From positions 64,001 to 128,000 of the forward strand of contig JBOEGD010000018.1 in the NCBI GenBank assembly GCA_050633245.1: DNA of 64,000 bases, written 5' to 3'. Origin of the DNA: Calditrichia bacterium. Its GTDB lineage: Bacteria; Calditrichota; Calditrichia; RBG-13-44-9; J075. The notes beneath the pieces were generated by a model that did no database searches, was not told where the DNA came from, and was given only the letters and a program-made list of their open reading frames with translations. Shown here piece by piece: positions 41,337 through 51,227 of the stretch (the first letter of the stretch is position 1; each line of letters begins with the position of its first letter). The position numbers were made by a program, and so were the translations under genes.

Positions 41337-42191
41337 ATGACTATCTCTATTCGATCTTTTACAGCAATTATTTTTATCCTCCTCGCCGGACTTTTCTTTA
41401 TAACATCCTGTGAGGTTGACAAGGGGCTGCAGCCACTGCAAACCGGCATTTCAGGTAAAATAAACTGGCTCTCTCCTGAATTCCGCCCCTCCGATGTTGG
41501 CGAAGTGCGGCTTGCGGCACTCTTAAAATTTCCACCTGCCGGATTAGGTGATCTCTTTTTTAGCGAGCCGATTGATTTCCGTCAGGATACCTCCGAATAT
41601 TTTCTCCCCCTCCCACCAGATGACTATCAAGCTGTTGCGTTGCTTTGGCGTCGTAACAATGAACCATGGTCTTTTAACAGCATTCTTGGTTTATACGGAC
41701 TTGAGCCGCCAGATGGTTTCGAGCTGCTGCCCATTTCTATTCCCGATAACAATGAAGAAGTAACGGATGTCGATATGACGGCGCTCTGGAACTTTGCGGG
41801 AGCAGATAGCAAGGTTCAGGGCACGATCTCTGTGGCAGGAACTCCTCCGGGGGATACAGAGGCGGTTCTGTTAGCAGCATTTGTTATTCGCCCGGATTTT
41901 GACGATTTCTCGAGCTCTATTTTATTTCTTGGAGGCATTCCTTTACCCGTAACACCGGGTAGAAGTAGTATTAACTATTCCTTAAATGTATATCAGGGAA
42001 GTTACCGCTTTCTCGGCTTGTTTTGGAAAGGCTCGAGCATTCCACTTGAGGAAATGAAGTGCATTGGATGGTATCCACTGCCTGGTGGAAATGGTGAGCC
42101 CGGAACAGTTGTCGCACCAGGAGATGGCGCGATAACAGGGATTGATTTTAATGCAGATTATGGCAATCTACCTGACGGTATTCGCCCATAA
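41337..42191 (+). CDS. Putative lipoprotein with two similar beta-sandwich domains
   Basis: Lipobox FITSC; repeated GISGKI/KVQGTI...V.LAA...YQAVALLW/YRFLGLFW. Confidence 0.7.
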   Translation: MTISIRSFTAIIFILLAGLFFITSCEVDKGLQPLQTGISGKINWLSPEFRPSDVGEVRLAALLKFPPAGLGDLFFSEPIDFRQDTSEYFLPLPPDDYQAVALLWRRNNEPWSFNSILGLYGLEPPDGFELLPISIPDNNEEVTDVDMTALWNFAGADSKVQGTISVAGTPPGDTEAVLLAAFVIRPDFDDFSSSILFLGGIPLPVTPGRSSINYSLNVYQGSYRFLGLFWKGSSIPLEEMKCIGWYPLPGGNGEPGTVVAPGDGAITGIDFNADYGNLPDGIRP

Positions 42192-42212
42192 GGACCAAAA
42201 AAAGGTACTGGA

Positions 42213-44399
42213 ATGAAAGTAATTAGATACACTTTAAGCCGAATATGGCTATTTTTTCTACTCCTCCCTGTGCTGGCTCTGGCACAACAGGGGAACGGCG
42301 GCATTGCCGGAAAAATAACGGACATCGAAACCGGACAGCCGCTCTTGGGTGCCAATGTTGTTGTGGTGGGAACCCTTTTGGGTACGACTACCGGTAATGA
42401 TGGGCGATATGCACTTACGAATCTTCCCGTTGGCAGTCACACACTTTCAATAAGCTATATTGGTTATTCGCACAAGGATGTTGCAGTTGTCATTGAAAAT
42501 GGGAAGTCCCAGACGCTGGATATTGAGCTGCGCACGTCTTCGGTGCTCTTCGATCAGGTTATCGTAACCGGCTCGCAGCAGCCTGAAGATCTTGCTCAGG
42601 CTGCAAATAGTGTTAACACAATGTCTCACGCCGAGATCCTCCCACGCGGTCATCACATGCTGGCTGGAGCGCTGCAAAAATTACCGGCAATTGACGAAAT
42701 TGGCGAAAATATCAGCATTCGCGGGGGATCCGGCTATAGCTTTCTAAGCGTAGGCGGAAGTCGCGTTATGATGCTCATTGACGGCGTTCCAATGTTGACC
42801 AGTGATTTTAGTCGTGCTAACTGGGATTTCCTTCCGGTTACTGAACTGGAACGTGTAGAAGTATTAAAAGGTGGCGGTTCGGTGTTATATGGCTCTGGTG
42901 GCGTCAGTGGCGTGGTAAATTTGATTAGTCGTCAACCTTCAAAAGATGCTCGTATCTCGTATCGCACTACCTTTGGTCAGTTTGATGATCCATCTGTTGA
43001 TGCGTGGAAATGGACAGAAGACAATCTGTATTATTACGGCGCAGACCTTAGTTACAGTCAGACCTTTGGCCCGATTGGACTCCGTCTTTCGGCATCGCGT
43101 TTTTTCTCAACCGGTTATCGTCAGAATTCGCAGTTGAGTCGTTACTATTTAACTGCACGTCCGATTATCAACTTCCCCGACGGTTCAAATCTACAAATGT
43201 TCATGGCATACAACCGTGAGGAGCGCGAGTTATTCTTTCTCTGGCGTAGCCAGAATAATGCACTTACCACGGAATATGAAGACGACGCAGAGGTTGATGG
43301 ACTGCTGATATCCGGTATTTACAACAAGGCTTTTTCACCGAACTTGTTGACAAAAACCCGCTTTTCATTGAATTCTCAGCTTCTTGGTTTGCCACTTAGC
43401 TTAACGGAAGGCTTCGATCCGGCATTGGGATTGTCGGGTGAATTTCGCACGGTTTGGCTGCCGCATAATCAGCATACGCTGACCTTCGGAATCGATTACC
43501 GTCATGATATTGCCACATCAGATTTTTTTGGTGACCATTCGGCAAACACCTATTCTCCGTATATGCAGGAAAATTGGAAGGTGACCGATGCGTTTCAAAT
43601 GAACCTTGGTTTTCGCTACGATGTGTATCACTTAAGAGGTGATGAGACGCTCAGCCAGTTTAGCCCGAAGTTTGGGATGAGTTATCAGCTGCATGCGAAC
43701 TCGGTTGTGCACGGGTCGATTGGGCGTGGTTTTCGCACACCGTCCATCGCAGAGCGCTTTACAGAGCATGATATTCAGGGAGCCGCTGAGCTGTTGAAAA
43801 ACCCCGATCTGAAGCCGGAAAAGACGGTGCTAATGGATTTGGGGCTCCGTCAGCGAATTAACGATAATGTCTCTTTCGAAATCGCCGGTTTCTTAAGCAA
43901 TTACGAAAATCTGATTGAACTGACGCAGGTTAGTGACATCAATCTGGTTCTACAGTTTCTGAACTGTGAGAAGGCACGTATTCTTGGAGTTGAGTCTCAG
44001 GCGGCAATGTCTTTCTGGAAAGATCGACTCTCACTGCGCGTCAACGGTACTTATATGAAGACCGAGACGCTCGGTGAAGATGAAGGTTGCCGACTTGGCG
44101 ATGGTGAAGCGCTTCCTTATCGTCCTGAATTTAGTGCGTTTGTGCTGCCTGCACTCCATTTAAATGGTGTGACTCTTGAATCGGAATATCGCTATCAGTC
44201 TCGCTTTAATCGCGTATCATTTTTCTTGAGCGAGCAGCGCGTTGCCCGCAAAACCTGGGACTTGCGCGCTCGTTATAAATGGCGCTCTATTAACTTGATG
44301 GCGCAGGTTAAGAATTTATTTAATTACAATTATACCACGGTTGAGCAAAATATTGGTGAGCTGCGAAACTTTTCGGTCTCGTTGGTTGGCGAGCTTTAA
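42213..44399 (+). CDS. TonB-dependent receptor
   Basis: Signal peptide, GKITDIETGQPLLGANV..SYIGY domain, VIVTGS, ISIRG, LIDGVP, RVEVLKGGGSVLYG, RGFRTPS, NPDLKPE, VKNLFN. Confidence 0.92.
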   Translation: MKVIRYTLSRIWLFFLLLPVLALAQQGNGGIAGKITDIETGQPLLGANVVVVGTLLGTTTGNDGRYALTNLPVGSHTLSISYIGYSHKDVAVVIENGKSQTLDIELRTSSVLFDQVIVTGSQQPEDLAQAANSVNTMSHAEILPRGHHMLAGALQKLPAIDEIGENISIRGGSGYSFLSVGGSRVMMLIDGVPMLTSDFSRANWDFLPVTELERVEVLKGGGSVLYGSGGVSGVVNLISRQPSKDARISYRTTFGQFDDPSVDAWKWTEDNLYYYGADLSYSQTFGPIGLRLSASRFFSTGYRQNSQLSRYYLTARPIINFPDGSNLQMFMAYNREERELFFLWRSQNNALTTEYEDDAEVDGLLISGIYNKAFSPNLLTKTRFSLNSQLLGLPLSLTEGFDPALGLSGEFRTVWLPHNQHTLTFGIDYRHDIATSDFFGDHSANTYSPYMQENWKVTDAFQMNLGFRYDVYHLRGDETLSQFSPKFGMSYQLHANSVVHGSIGRGFRTPSIAERFTEHDIQGAAELLKNPDLKPEKTVLMDLGLRQRINDNVSFEIAGFLSNYENLIELTQVSDINLVLQFLNCEKARILGVESQAAMSFWKDRLSLRVNGTYMKTETLGEDEGCRLGDGEALPYRPEFSAFVLPALHLNGVTLESEYRYQSRFNRVSFFLSEQRVARKTWDLRARYKWRSINLMAQVKNLFNYNYTTVEQNIGELRNFSVSLVGEL

Positions 44400-44409
44400 C
44401 ATTTCCTAC

Positions 44410-44435
44410 AGCAGAGAGGCAGACGCCTCTCTGCT
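44410..44435. terminator. Bidirectional terminator hairpin between convergent genes
   Basis: AGCAGAGAGGC-AGAC-GCCTCTCTGCT. Confidence 0.7.
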
Positions 44436-44450
44436 ATTTCCTGCCCAGGT

Positions 44451-45035
44451 TTATTTCAGATTGGTCTCTAAATCCAATAGCATAGTTTTCACATCAGTAT
44501 TTTTAGGAATTCCTGTTAGAGGAATTTGATTGAATACGCCGTTTCGCAACTCAACCAGCGAACCATCGATGGTCTTGTAAAGATTCCCGCTAAAGGTGCC
44601 GCTTACGACGCCATTTATTAAGTCGAATGAGGTTATTTCAACCGTCGCGGTAGAGCGGGTCGGATCAAAGGTTGCTTCCGCTGCAGGGTCTGTCGTGCTC
44701 GAAATACCGAGAACCAGCGTATTATTAACCGAGTTGGGAAAAGTGTAAACCTTCTCACTTATTCCGGTAAGATCTGCGACGGCAAGGGCAACTCCATCGA
44801 AGCTCCCGCTGACGCCTGCCACTCCAACCCCTACATAAGTAGTGCCGGAAGTCGTCGTGCTGGCTGCAACGCTTATAGATGTCCATGTCGCGCCGTTAAA
44901 TGATGCAGACATTGTTCCGGGTGGCGTGATGATTTCATTATCTCCATCGCTACCCATACCGTTGGAGTCACCGCTACACGCAGCCATAATAAATACAGTT
45001 AGCAAAAAAAATACAATGCGAATTGAAGTTCTCAT
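44451..45035 (-). CDS. Putative lipoprotein (beta-rich, DUF6252-like)
   Basis: GGAGG RBS, lipobox MAAC, MSASFNGATW, VSGTFSG, LRNGVF. Confidence 0.75.
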   Translation of the reverse strand: MRTSIRIVFFLLTVFIMAACSGDSNGMGSDGDNEIITPPGTMSASFNGATWTSISVAASTTTSGTTYVGVGVAGVSGSFDGVALAVADLTGISEKVYTFPNSVNNTLVLGISSTTDPAAEATFDPTRSTATVEITSFDLINGVVSGTFSGNLYKTIDGSLVELRNGVFNQIPLTGIPKNTDVKTMLLDLETNLK

Positions 45036-45252
45036 TCTTCCTCCTGAGACCTGAAGTTGATAAGTAAAAGTAAGTTTATTCAATGAACAGCGTACCCGGT
45101 AACTCGCCGATACAAGATCGAGAGCAATATTACCGAGTTCAACAATTCAAGTGTGCGGGGGAATGAAGTGTTGATGCGAATATCTTGTAAGAAAGTTATC
45201 GCTGTAATAAAGCAGATTCAAGAGAAAAAGTTTGTTTTTGACAACCGTTTTT

Positions 45253-45298
45253 AAAAAAGGGCCACTTCCAAAATCGTTTTAAGTATGGAAATGGCCCT
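45253..45298 (-). terminator. Rho-independent terminator after the 1073-aa gene
   Basis: AGGGCCAT/AGGGCCAC imperfect stem followed by a T-run on the minus strand. Confidence 0.55.
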
Positions 45299-45313
45299 GA
45301 AGTTCAGGATATG

Positions 45314-48300
45314 CTAAGCCGGTTCTGTTGGTGGCGGGTTGGCGCAGAAGTGATATTCTGCAAAGGCCGATGCTGCCAGACTGCCCATGCCGAGTGCATC
45401 GATTATTGTGAGAATAACACGTGCCGGTTTTGGTTTAACCTTCGGCGGTTTCCACTTTAGGTCTGCAACACGTGCAAAATCGGTTATCGAACCAACGTGG
45501 TTTGCTACAATTTGCCACGTTGGGACCTCGTTGTCTCGTTCATAAATAGCAGCCATTATATTAAGAACGATGGCGATAAGAAAGCCGAAAATTGCCATTC
45601 CGGTTTCATGATTTTGCACAGCTTTTCTTATTAAAACCAAATCTACTACCTGGTAGATGGTATAAAAGACGACGGCAAGTACCTGAATCACTTCACTCCA
45701 ATCGACAAGAATGGCCAATGGGATTAAAGCAAAAATCCAAAATAACGGTACCATTGAGCTTAAACCATCTCCTGCTTCTTCAAGTATATGGGCAATTCCG
45801 CTAAACAGGCCTACCATTAACAAAAATACGCCTGCAACGATCCAGACATCGCATTTGGAGGCGCCGACATTAATCGCTTCAGGGCCTCCTACTGCGGTTT
45901 CTATAATATGAACCGGTATTGCTGCAATCATCGCGGCGAAATCTAGTATTGTAAACGGTAGTTCTCCTGACTGATTATTTATCAAAGCTAAGACCTCGCT
46001 AAATAGAGGAAGTTTTGCAGATGAATTTAAAAAGGCCGTAAGAGAATCTGGTTCTGCCAGTCCCTCCAGATTTGTTAATGCTTCGAGTGATAGATGTTCA
46101 AATGCAGTTAATATACCATCCATGCGGGGTTTAAACGCATCAATCAGGTCGTTCAATAGTAACGCGTTTGGGTTGTCTCCCATGAAAACACTCTCCATTA
46201 CCGCAGTAATGTTGTCAATGGAGACTTGAACATCTCCACTTACTTGTCCCTGAACATTGTTAAAAAAAGTTGTCAACTGGTCCCAACTACCGCCATCCAT
46301 TGAAGCCGTAATTAAGCTGCTATCCGGCAGAATTGGCGCCAGCCTGTCAAAAAGCCAGGTAACTGGCACCATGATTGTATCATCGATCGCGTTAATGATG
46401 TCGCCCAATGTTGTTAAGTCGATCGAGTCTGCCGCACTACCCAATGTGTCTTGACCTATCCCGGTTTGAAAGGTAGCAATACCGGCTGGCGCACCGGTTC
46501 GGAGCTGCGCAAAGGTCTCAGGGATTTTATCCTTAATACCGCTATCGGCTATTTTTTGCGGCAGACTGGCAATACCTTCGGTAATCATAGCGGCAATTTC
46601 ATCCTTACGCTGCAAAATCTTTTCCCAATCGAACAGATAGCCAAGCCACTCGAGCGCGGTTTCAAATACAATCTTTACTTCTTCGAAAATGGCGCGTATT
46701 ACATTGAACCCTTGAGAGATTATAGAGATTACGGTTTTGAATTCTCCGGCTACTGTATTAATTGTAACGACCAACTGCTTGACGAGTCCGCCTTCTACTA
46801 CGGTTTCTATTGCCAGCCCGATGACACCCAGAATACCTTCCTTAATGGATTCAAATACATCATGAATGTCGAAGCGTTCATTTAGTGAGCCGTCCAGTGC
46901 CGTGAAATGCGCGAACCCGAACTCAGGGAGATGTTCTGGGTTTCCCTCATAATCAGGAATCGTAAACTGGCCATGATTTGGCTTACTACGTCCGATAGAA
47001 GCACAGGTGGAGATCTGTGCTGCAAGTGCATCCGCATTGGCATCTTCCCCGGCTGGAAGCACCTTCGCCCCGTTACGACCTGTTGCCGTTCGCAATTCCT
47101 GACCGGTTAGATTATACATTCTGTCTGAGGTCGCAGCCGCTGCAGAAATCGTGTGCCACGTGCCGGCAGCATCACCCGCCAACCTAATGTTAAGCTTTGG
47201 AACCCACAAGTTTGCCAATTCTTCCGCAGGCTGCATAAATACTAATAAGCCATTCCCATCAGTCTCCAGACTTAATTGTTGAAACGGACCGACAACCAGC
47301 GTTTTACCATTAACCGAGAGGATCGTAGTCTCTTCCGCTTGAATAGTTACCGGATAGCCTGCGACTGCCTGTTTTAAATTATCGGTAACCGTTGAACGGG
47401 TGTTATACCACATGACCCATTCAGAAGCAGTGGATTCCGTTTCAATGTTTTCCAACTCCCAGTCCGTTTGCTGTGGGGAACGAAGATAACGGCTCAACTG
47501 TAAATCTATTCCGGTCAGGATAAAGACCGGTCCTTCGGTTTCTGTCAAAGTTGCTGATGCCCTTAGCGCTTTATCGGTAATCTCACGTAACGGAAAGAAG
47601 GTGCCTTCACTGTCTTTTGATGTATGCCAGACAGATCCTGTCGAGTCAACGCCAACTATATTAACTATGCCGACATCGTCAACTGTCCCATCTAGGTCGA
47701 CAAGTTCGACTGAGCCTATTTGCTGGAATTCTGAACCGTTTAATTGAAACAATCCTGATGCTGCACCAATTGTTCCAGCTGCATATACTGTGGTCTTTAG
47801 ATCATGAGTCAAACCGATAATCTTCGGCAAAAAGCCTTCTGTAAGGGTGGTAACGGTTCTCATTGGGGATGTTGCTCCATCTATTCCATCCCATGCTACC
47901 AGAGACTTTATCTCCGGAATAAATAAATACAGGTCCTGCTGCGTTCCATTGATTACCGGTGTCATGCTTGGCAATTTAGTAGGCCACCAACCACTGAAGC
48001 TCCGGTCTATCTGAAAGCGGAGTTGCCAGTTCTCAGCGCTTAATAAACTGTGACCAATTCGATAGGTGTAGTTCCAGGGATATTTAAAGCGCTGAAGATA
48101 TAATAGAAAAAATTCTACGCTGCCATCGCTTCGCTCATGTAGATCCAGCTCATAAAATCGTGCCTCTCCGGCAACGCTATTGCCTGCGGGAATACGAATC
48201 CATTCCCCCCAAACACCTGCTTCAGAGCGTACTCTTGTCGCTATCTCTAATGATTTTTCATCAGCAACAGCCAAATGAAGTTTACCGTCACTGGATGTAA

Positions 48301-48535
48301 GAGCGGCAACGCAAGTTTGAGGAATGGGACATTGTTGGTCTAGCTGACTCCATCCCGTATCAGAGGAGGAGTCTTGCTTGAGTAAGTAGAGCTTACCGTC
48401 TGTTCCACTGGAGAGAATCTCACTGAGACCATCGGGACCCTCAATTACAGTAAGACGATCAGCGGCATGAACAGGTCTATGAAAATACGCATTCTCAATT
48501 AATTGACTTTTGTGCTCCAGGTTATTTGTTGGCAT
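45314..48535 (-). CDS. Large hypothetical protein (about 1073 aa): beta-propeller-like N-terminus, helical middle, hydrophobic helical C-terminus
   Basis: Probable start MPTNNLEHK overlaps the upstream stop by 14 nt; no signal peptide; several TM-like helices in the last ~180 aa. Confidence 0.75.
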   Translation of the reverse strand: MPTNNLEHKSQLIENAYFHRPVHAADRLTVIEGPDGLSEILSSGTDGKLYLLKQDSSSDTGWSQLDQQCPIPQTCVAALTSSDGKLHLAVADEKSLEIATRVRSEAGVWGEWIRIPAGNSVAGEARFYELDLHERSDGSVEFFLLYLQRFKYPWNYTYRIGHSLLSAENWQLRFQIDRSFSGWWPTKLPSMTPVINGTQQDLYLFIPEIKSLVAWDGIDGATSPMRTVTTLTEGFLPKIIGLTHDLKTTVYAAGTIGAASGLFQLNGSEFQQIGSVELVDLDGTVDDVGIVNIVGVDSTGSVWHTSKDSEGTFFPLREITDKALRASATLTETEGPVFILTGIDLQLSRYLRSPQQTDWELENIETESTASEWVMWYNTRSTVTDNLKQAVAGYPVTIQAEETTILSVNGKTLVVGPFQQLSLETDGNGLLVFMQPAEELANLWVPKLNIRLAGDAAGTWHTISAAAATSDRMYNLTGQELRTATGRNGAKVLPAGEDANADALAAQISTCASIGRSKPNHGQFTIPDYEGNPEHLPEFGFAHFTALDGSLNERFDIHDVFESIKEGILGVIGLAIETVVEGGLVKQLVVTINTVAGEFKTVISIISQGFNVIRAIFEEVKIVFETALEWLGYLFDWEKILQRKDEIAAMITEGIASLPQKIADSGIKDKIPETFAQLRTGAPAGIATFQTGIGQDTLGSAADSIDLTTLGDIINAIDDTIMVPVTWLFDRLAPILPDSSLITASMDGGSWDQLTTFFNNVQGQVSGDVQVSIDNITAVMESVFMGDNPNALLLNDLIDAFKPRMDGILTAFEHLSLEALTNLEGLAEPDSLTAFLNSSAKLPLFSEVLALINNQSGELPFTILDFAAMIAAIPVHIIETAVGGPEAINVGASKCDVWIVAGVFLLMVGLFSGIAHILEEAGDGLSSMVPLFWIFALIPLAILVDWSEVIQVLAVVFYTIYQVVDLVLIRKAVQNHETGMAIFGFLIAIVLNIMAAIYERDNEVPTWQIVANHVGSITDFARVADLKWKPPKVKPKPARVILTIIDALGMGSLAASAFAEYHFCANPPPTEPA

Positions 48536-49022
48536 TTTGTGCCTCCAGCGTATACAATACTGTGGCATGCCACCCTCGACCTCCTTTGTACTTGGCGGTA
48601 AAGCCAGGTATATTCGTTGCTGCGGTAATTGTGTTATCACCAAAAAGAGGAATATTCCAGGTCATCGTAAGGGTCTGTTCGGGATTGTCTTTTACCTGGT
48701 AGATAACTTTGCCGTAAAAGTTACACCCATCATAGTTACTGAACCATTCACCTGAACCACCTGCCGGAATATGGTCCGGTGGCTTCGTTGCCTTACTGTC
48801 AAGGCCTTCAGAACTAACGAGCTTGAGTTCAAAAGGACTTTGATTGCTTAGCTCGCCATCAAATGAGTATGCAGCCATCGGCAATGGCGTCATTGCAAGA
48901 ATGGCACTTGCAGCTTGTATTTGCACATGCTCATTTTCAGACTCTAATCCTTTCTCCAGGATATCAATTGCTTTTCCAACAGCGGTTTGAACTCTTTGAA
49001 AATCTAGTGGTTGTTTTGACAT
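48522..49022 (-). CDS. Aegerolysin/Cry34(ET79)-like protein with N-terminal helical extension
   Basis: LSNQSPFELKL, PPDHIPAGGSGEW, GKVIY, WNIPLFGDN, GGRGWHATVLYTL resemble the aegerolysin beta-sandwich pattern; GGGGA RBS. Confidence 0.6.
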   Translation of the reverse strand: MSKQPLDFQRVQTAVGKAIDILEKGLESENEHVQIQAASAILAMTPLPMAAYSFDGELSNQSPFELKLVSSEGLDSKATKPPDHIPAGGSGEWFSNYDGCNFYGKVIYQVKDNPEQTLTMTWNIPLFGDNTITAATNIPGFTAKYKGGRGWHATVLYTLEAQNANK

Positions 49023-49655
49023 GGAGTTTCCCCGTGATAATAGTAATTTGGACATGCAGCATCATGCATGTGACATATGGATTAATAGAATTAACCACCT
49101 GTACTTATCTCCCTTTTCGGGATAAGAAAAAATGTGATGATAAAAGACGATGTGAGTAAAAATGCTTGAAAAAGAATACACATACAAAAGAGTGATAACA
49201 AGACTAAACTTAGTATTTGATAAAATAGCATTGGAAGATTCACCCAAACTAGTCAAGAAACATTGATTTTCACTAAAATAGAATGTCCCCAATAGTCCAT
49301 TTTACAAAAATCTGATTATCTTTATCCTCTGGAAATAATCGCCTTGAGGTTCTCAGAGGTAGAATCAAAAACTCTTGTCGATAATGGGCTACAATAATTG
49401 ACAATTAATGTTGTTTTTTTTGGTAGAATTTCGTGTTGTTTTTGCTGCCTTTTCAGACCAAAAACGTGCAATGCCTTTTTTTCTGATTTTTTTTGAATGT
49501 GTTTTTCTTCCTGTTTATCCCACTATTTAGTTTTTGCTTTAAGTTTAATACAAAATAGACTTATGAGCTTTTTCTGCACGTTTAAAAAGGTTTCTAAACG
49601 TTCTTTGAGCTTATTGGGTTTATATCGGAATCTGATAGAATTATCGGAAACTGGT

Positions 49656-49685
49656 TTGAAACAGCGAAGGGCAATCTGCTATACT
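49656..49685 (+). promoter_or_regulatory. Sigma70-type promoter of the RiPP operon
   Basis: TTGAAA-18 nt-TATACT with extended -10 TG, 70 nt upstream of the first gene. Confidence 0.5.
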
Positions 49686-49755
49686 GAAACAGCATTTAAC
49701 AACGCCACATCAAATTCAACTTCGCAGTAACAGAATGCATCAAGCAGGAGAGTAA

Positions 49756-51225
49756 ATGCCGAACCTTTGTCTCGATAAGCAAACCATCTTCATAACCGAC
49801 GACAGCGGACTGCAGGTCCTGAATCGCAGAGGTTCCTTCCGCCTTCATGGCAAGGGTCTCGATTCTCTGCACACTCAGCTGAAGCCGTATTTAGATGGCT
49901 CGCTTGACGAAGAGACTCTGCTTCAGGCGATCCCACAAAACTCTCGGGAAGTAGTTACCTCTTATCTGGGCAAGATGAAAACTATCGGAGCACTCCAACC
50001 ATCCGGTCAGCATGCTGAAGCCGTAACAGAGATTGATGTTCCGTTAGATACTCTTCTACAGTCACCTGTAAGTTCCATCCATTTTCACTTGAACAACCAG
50101 CGGGCCTCGATTACAACAGATCGTGATTTAACGGCAGTAATTCCAAAAAAATCCGAGTATAAGATCTGTCTGATCTTTGAGCAAAAGCTTGATGAAATCA
50201 TTGCGCGAATCGAGCAGTTGACCCGCCATAATGGAACGGTTGGAATTCTGCTGATCTCGGGAGTTACTGGCAGACGTGAATTGCAGGAAAGCTTCGCAAA
50301 AAAAATGTTTTTACAGCAGGTACTCGATACTTTGCTTAGAAGCTATAGCGATATTTTTCAGAGCGAAACGCGCCTGACGGTGCATGCAGTTGACCTGGAA
50401 TGCAGCACTTTGAGTCAACTTTTACAGCTTGTTGAGAGCCCGGTTGAGCAAATAGAATTTGCCAATGTAAAAGATTGGTTTCAGCTGGTTGAGTTTAGCA
50501 ATGAAACACAGTTGCCACTGGTAAATGCGCGTCTTGCAGCGAAGTATCTCGATTTTCCAAAGCAGGCATGGGGACTTAGTTTTCAGAAGCTGGAGCGTCG
50601 ATTAATCCTCGAGCTGAAGTCGTCCTTGATCAGGCGTTTCTCAGACAATGCTCGCTTTCAGTTTTCTAAACCAGCACATCTTACATCCGCAGAAGAACGA
50701 AAGTCGGGTTTGCCTGCATCACACAATGAGTTCTATGTTGACGATTCCCTGGCTGAGCTGCGGCTTATCTGCCTGGAGTCTTTTCTGATGAAAAAAGTCA
50801 ATAAGACTGAGCTTGCCAGTAAGTCTAAAGAACACGATATGCTTTCGCGTGAATCGCTTGGAAACAGCTGCCAACTTTTAATGCAGATTCTTTCCCTGCG
50901 CCTAAAAGACTTTACTGTTAATCGCTATCAGTCTGAATCCGGACTGTTTGTCTATTGGTTAGAAGATTTTTGCTCCTATTCATTCATAGAAGAAAAGTCT
51001 TGCTTCGAGATGTTGATGTATATCGTCGGGCGGGTTTACTACGACACCCGTTTGGAAGCAACCGATATTCGCAGTGCTGCACTAGACTATGTGGCCGACG
51101 TAATTCTGAACGAACTCGTAGAAAAGCATTCGCTGGAGCTGGAGCAATCTTATCCGGAAGCTCGCTTTATTTATGTTGAGCAGGAGCTTTGGCAAGAAAA
51201 CTTATTCATGGGATATATAGGCTAA
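49756..51225 (+). CDS. RRE-containing YcaO partner (ocin-ThiF/TbtF-like)
   Basis: AGGAG RBS; N-terminal three-strand/three-helix RRE pattern GSFRLHGKG...LKPYLDG...LLQAIP...YLGKMKTIGAL; directly precedes YcaO. Confidence 0.65.
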   Translation: MPNLCLDKQTIFITDDSGLQVLNRRGSFRLHGKGLDSLHTQLKPYLDGSLDEETLLQAIPQNSREVVTSYLGKMKTIGALQPSGQHAEAVTEIDVPLDTLLQSPVSSIHFHLNNQRASITTDRDLTAVIPKKSEYKICLIFEQKLDEIIARIEQLTRHNGTVGILLISGVTGRRELQESFAKKMFLQQVLDTLLRSYSDIFQSETRLTVHAVDLECSTLSQLLQLVESPVEQIEFANVKDWFQLVEFSNETQLPLVNARLAAKYLDFPKQAWGLSFQKLERRLILELKSSLIRRFSDNARFQFSKPAHLTSAEERKSGLPASHNEFYVDDSLAELRLICLESFLMKKVNKTELASKSKEHDMLSRESLGNSCQLLMQILSLRLKDFTVNRYQSESGLFVYWLEDFCSYSFIEEKSCFEMLMYIVGRVYYDTRLEATDIRSAALDYVADVILNELVEKHSLELEQSYPEARFIYVEQELWQENLFMGYIG

Positions 51226-51227
51226 AA

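Noticed and set aside
48536-48643. N-terminal extension of the 1109-aa track ORF
   Set aside because: Overlaps the aegerolysin-like gene on the same strand; ATG at 48535 near the upstream stop is more plausible
49062-49730. Short ORFs in the AT-rich divergent promoter region
   Set aside because: Phe/Leu/Ser-rich translations typical of T-rich non-coding DNA; no RBS
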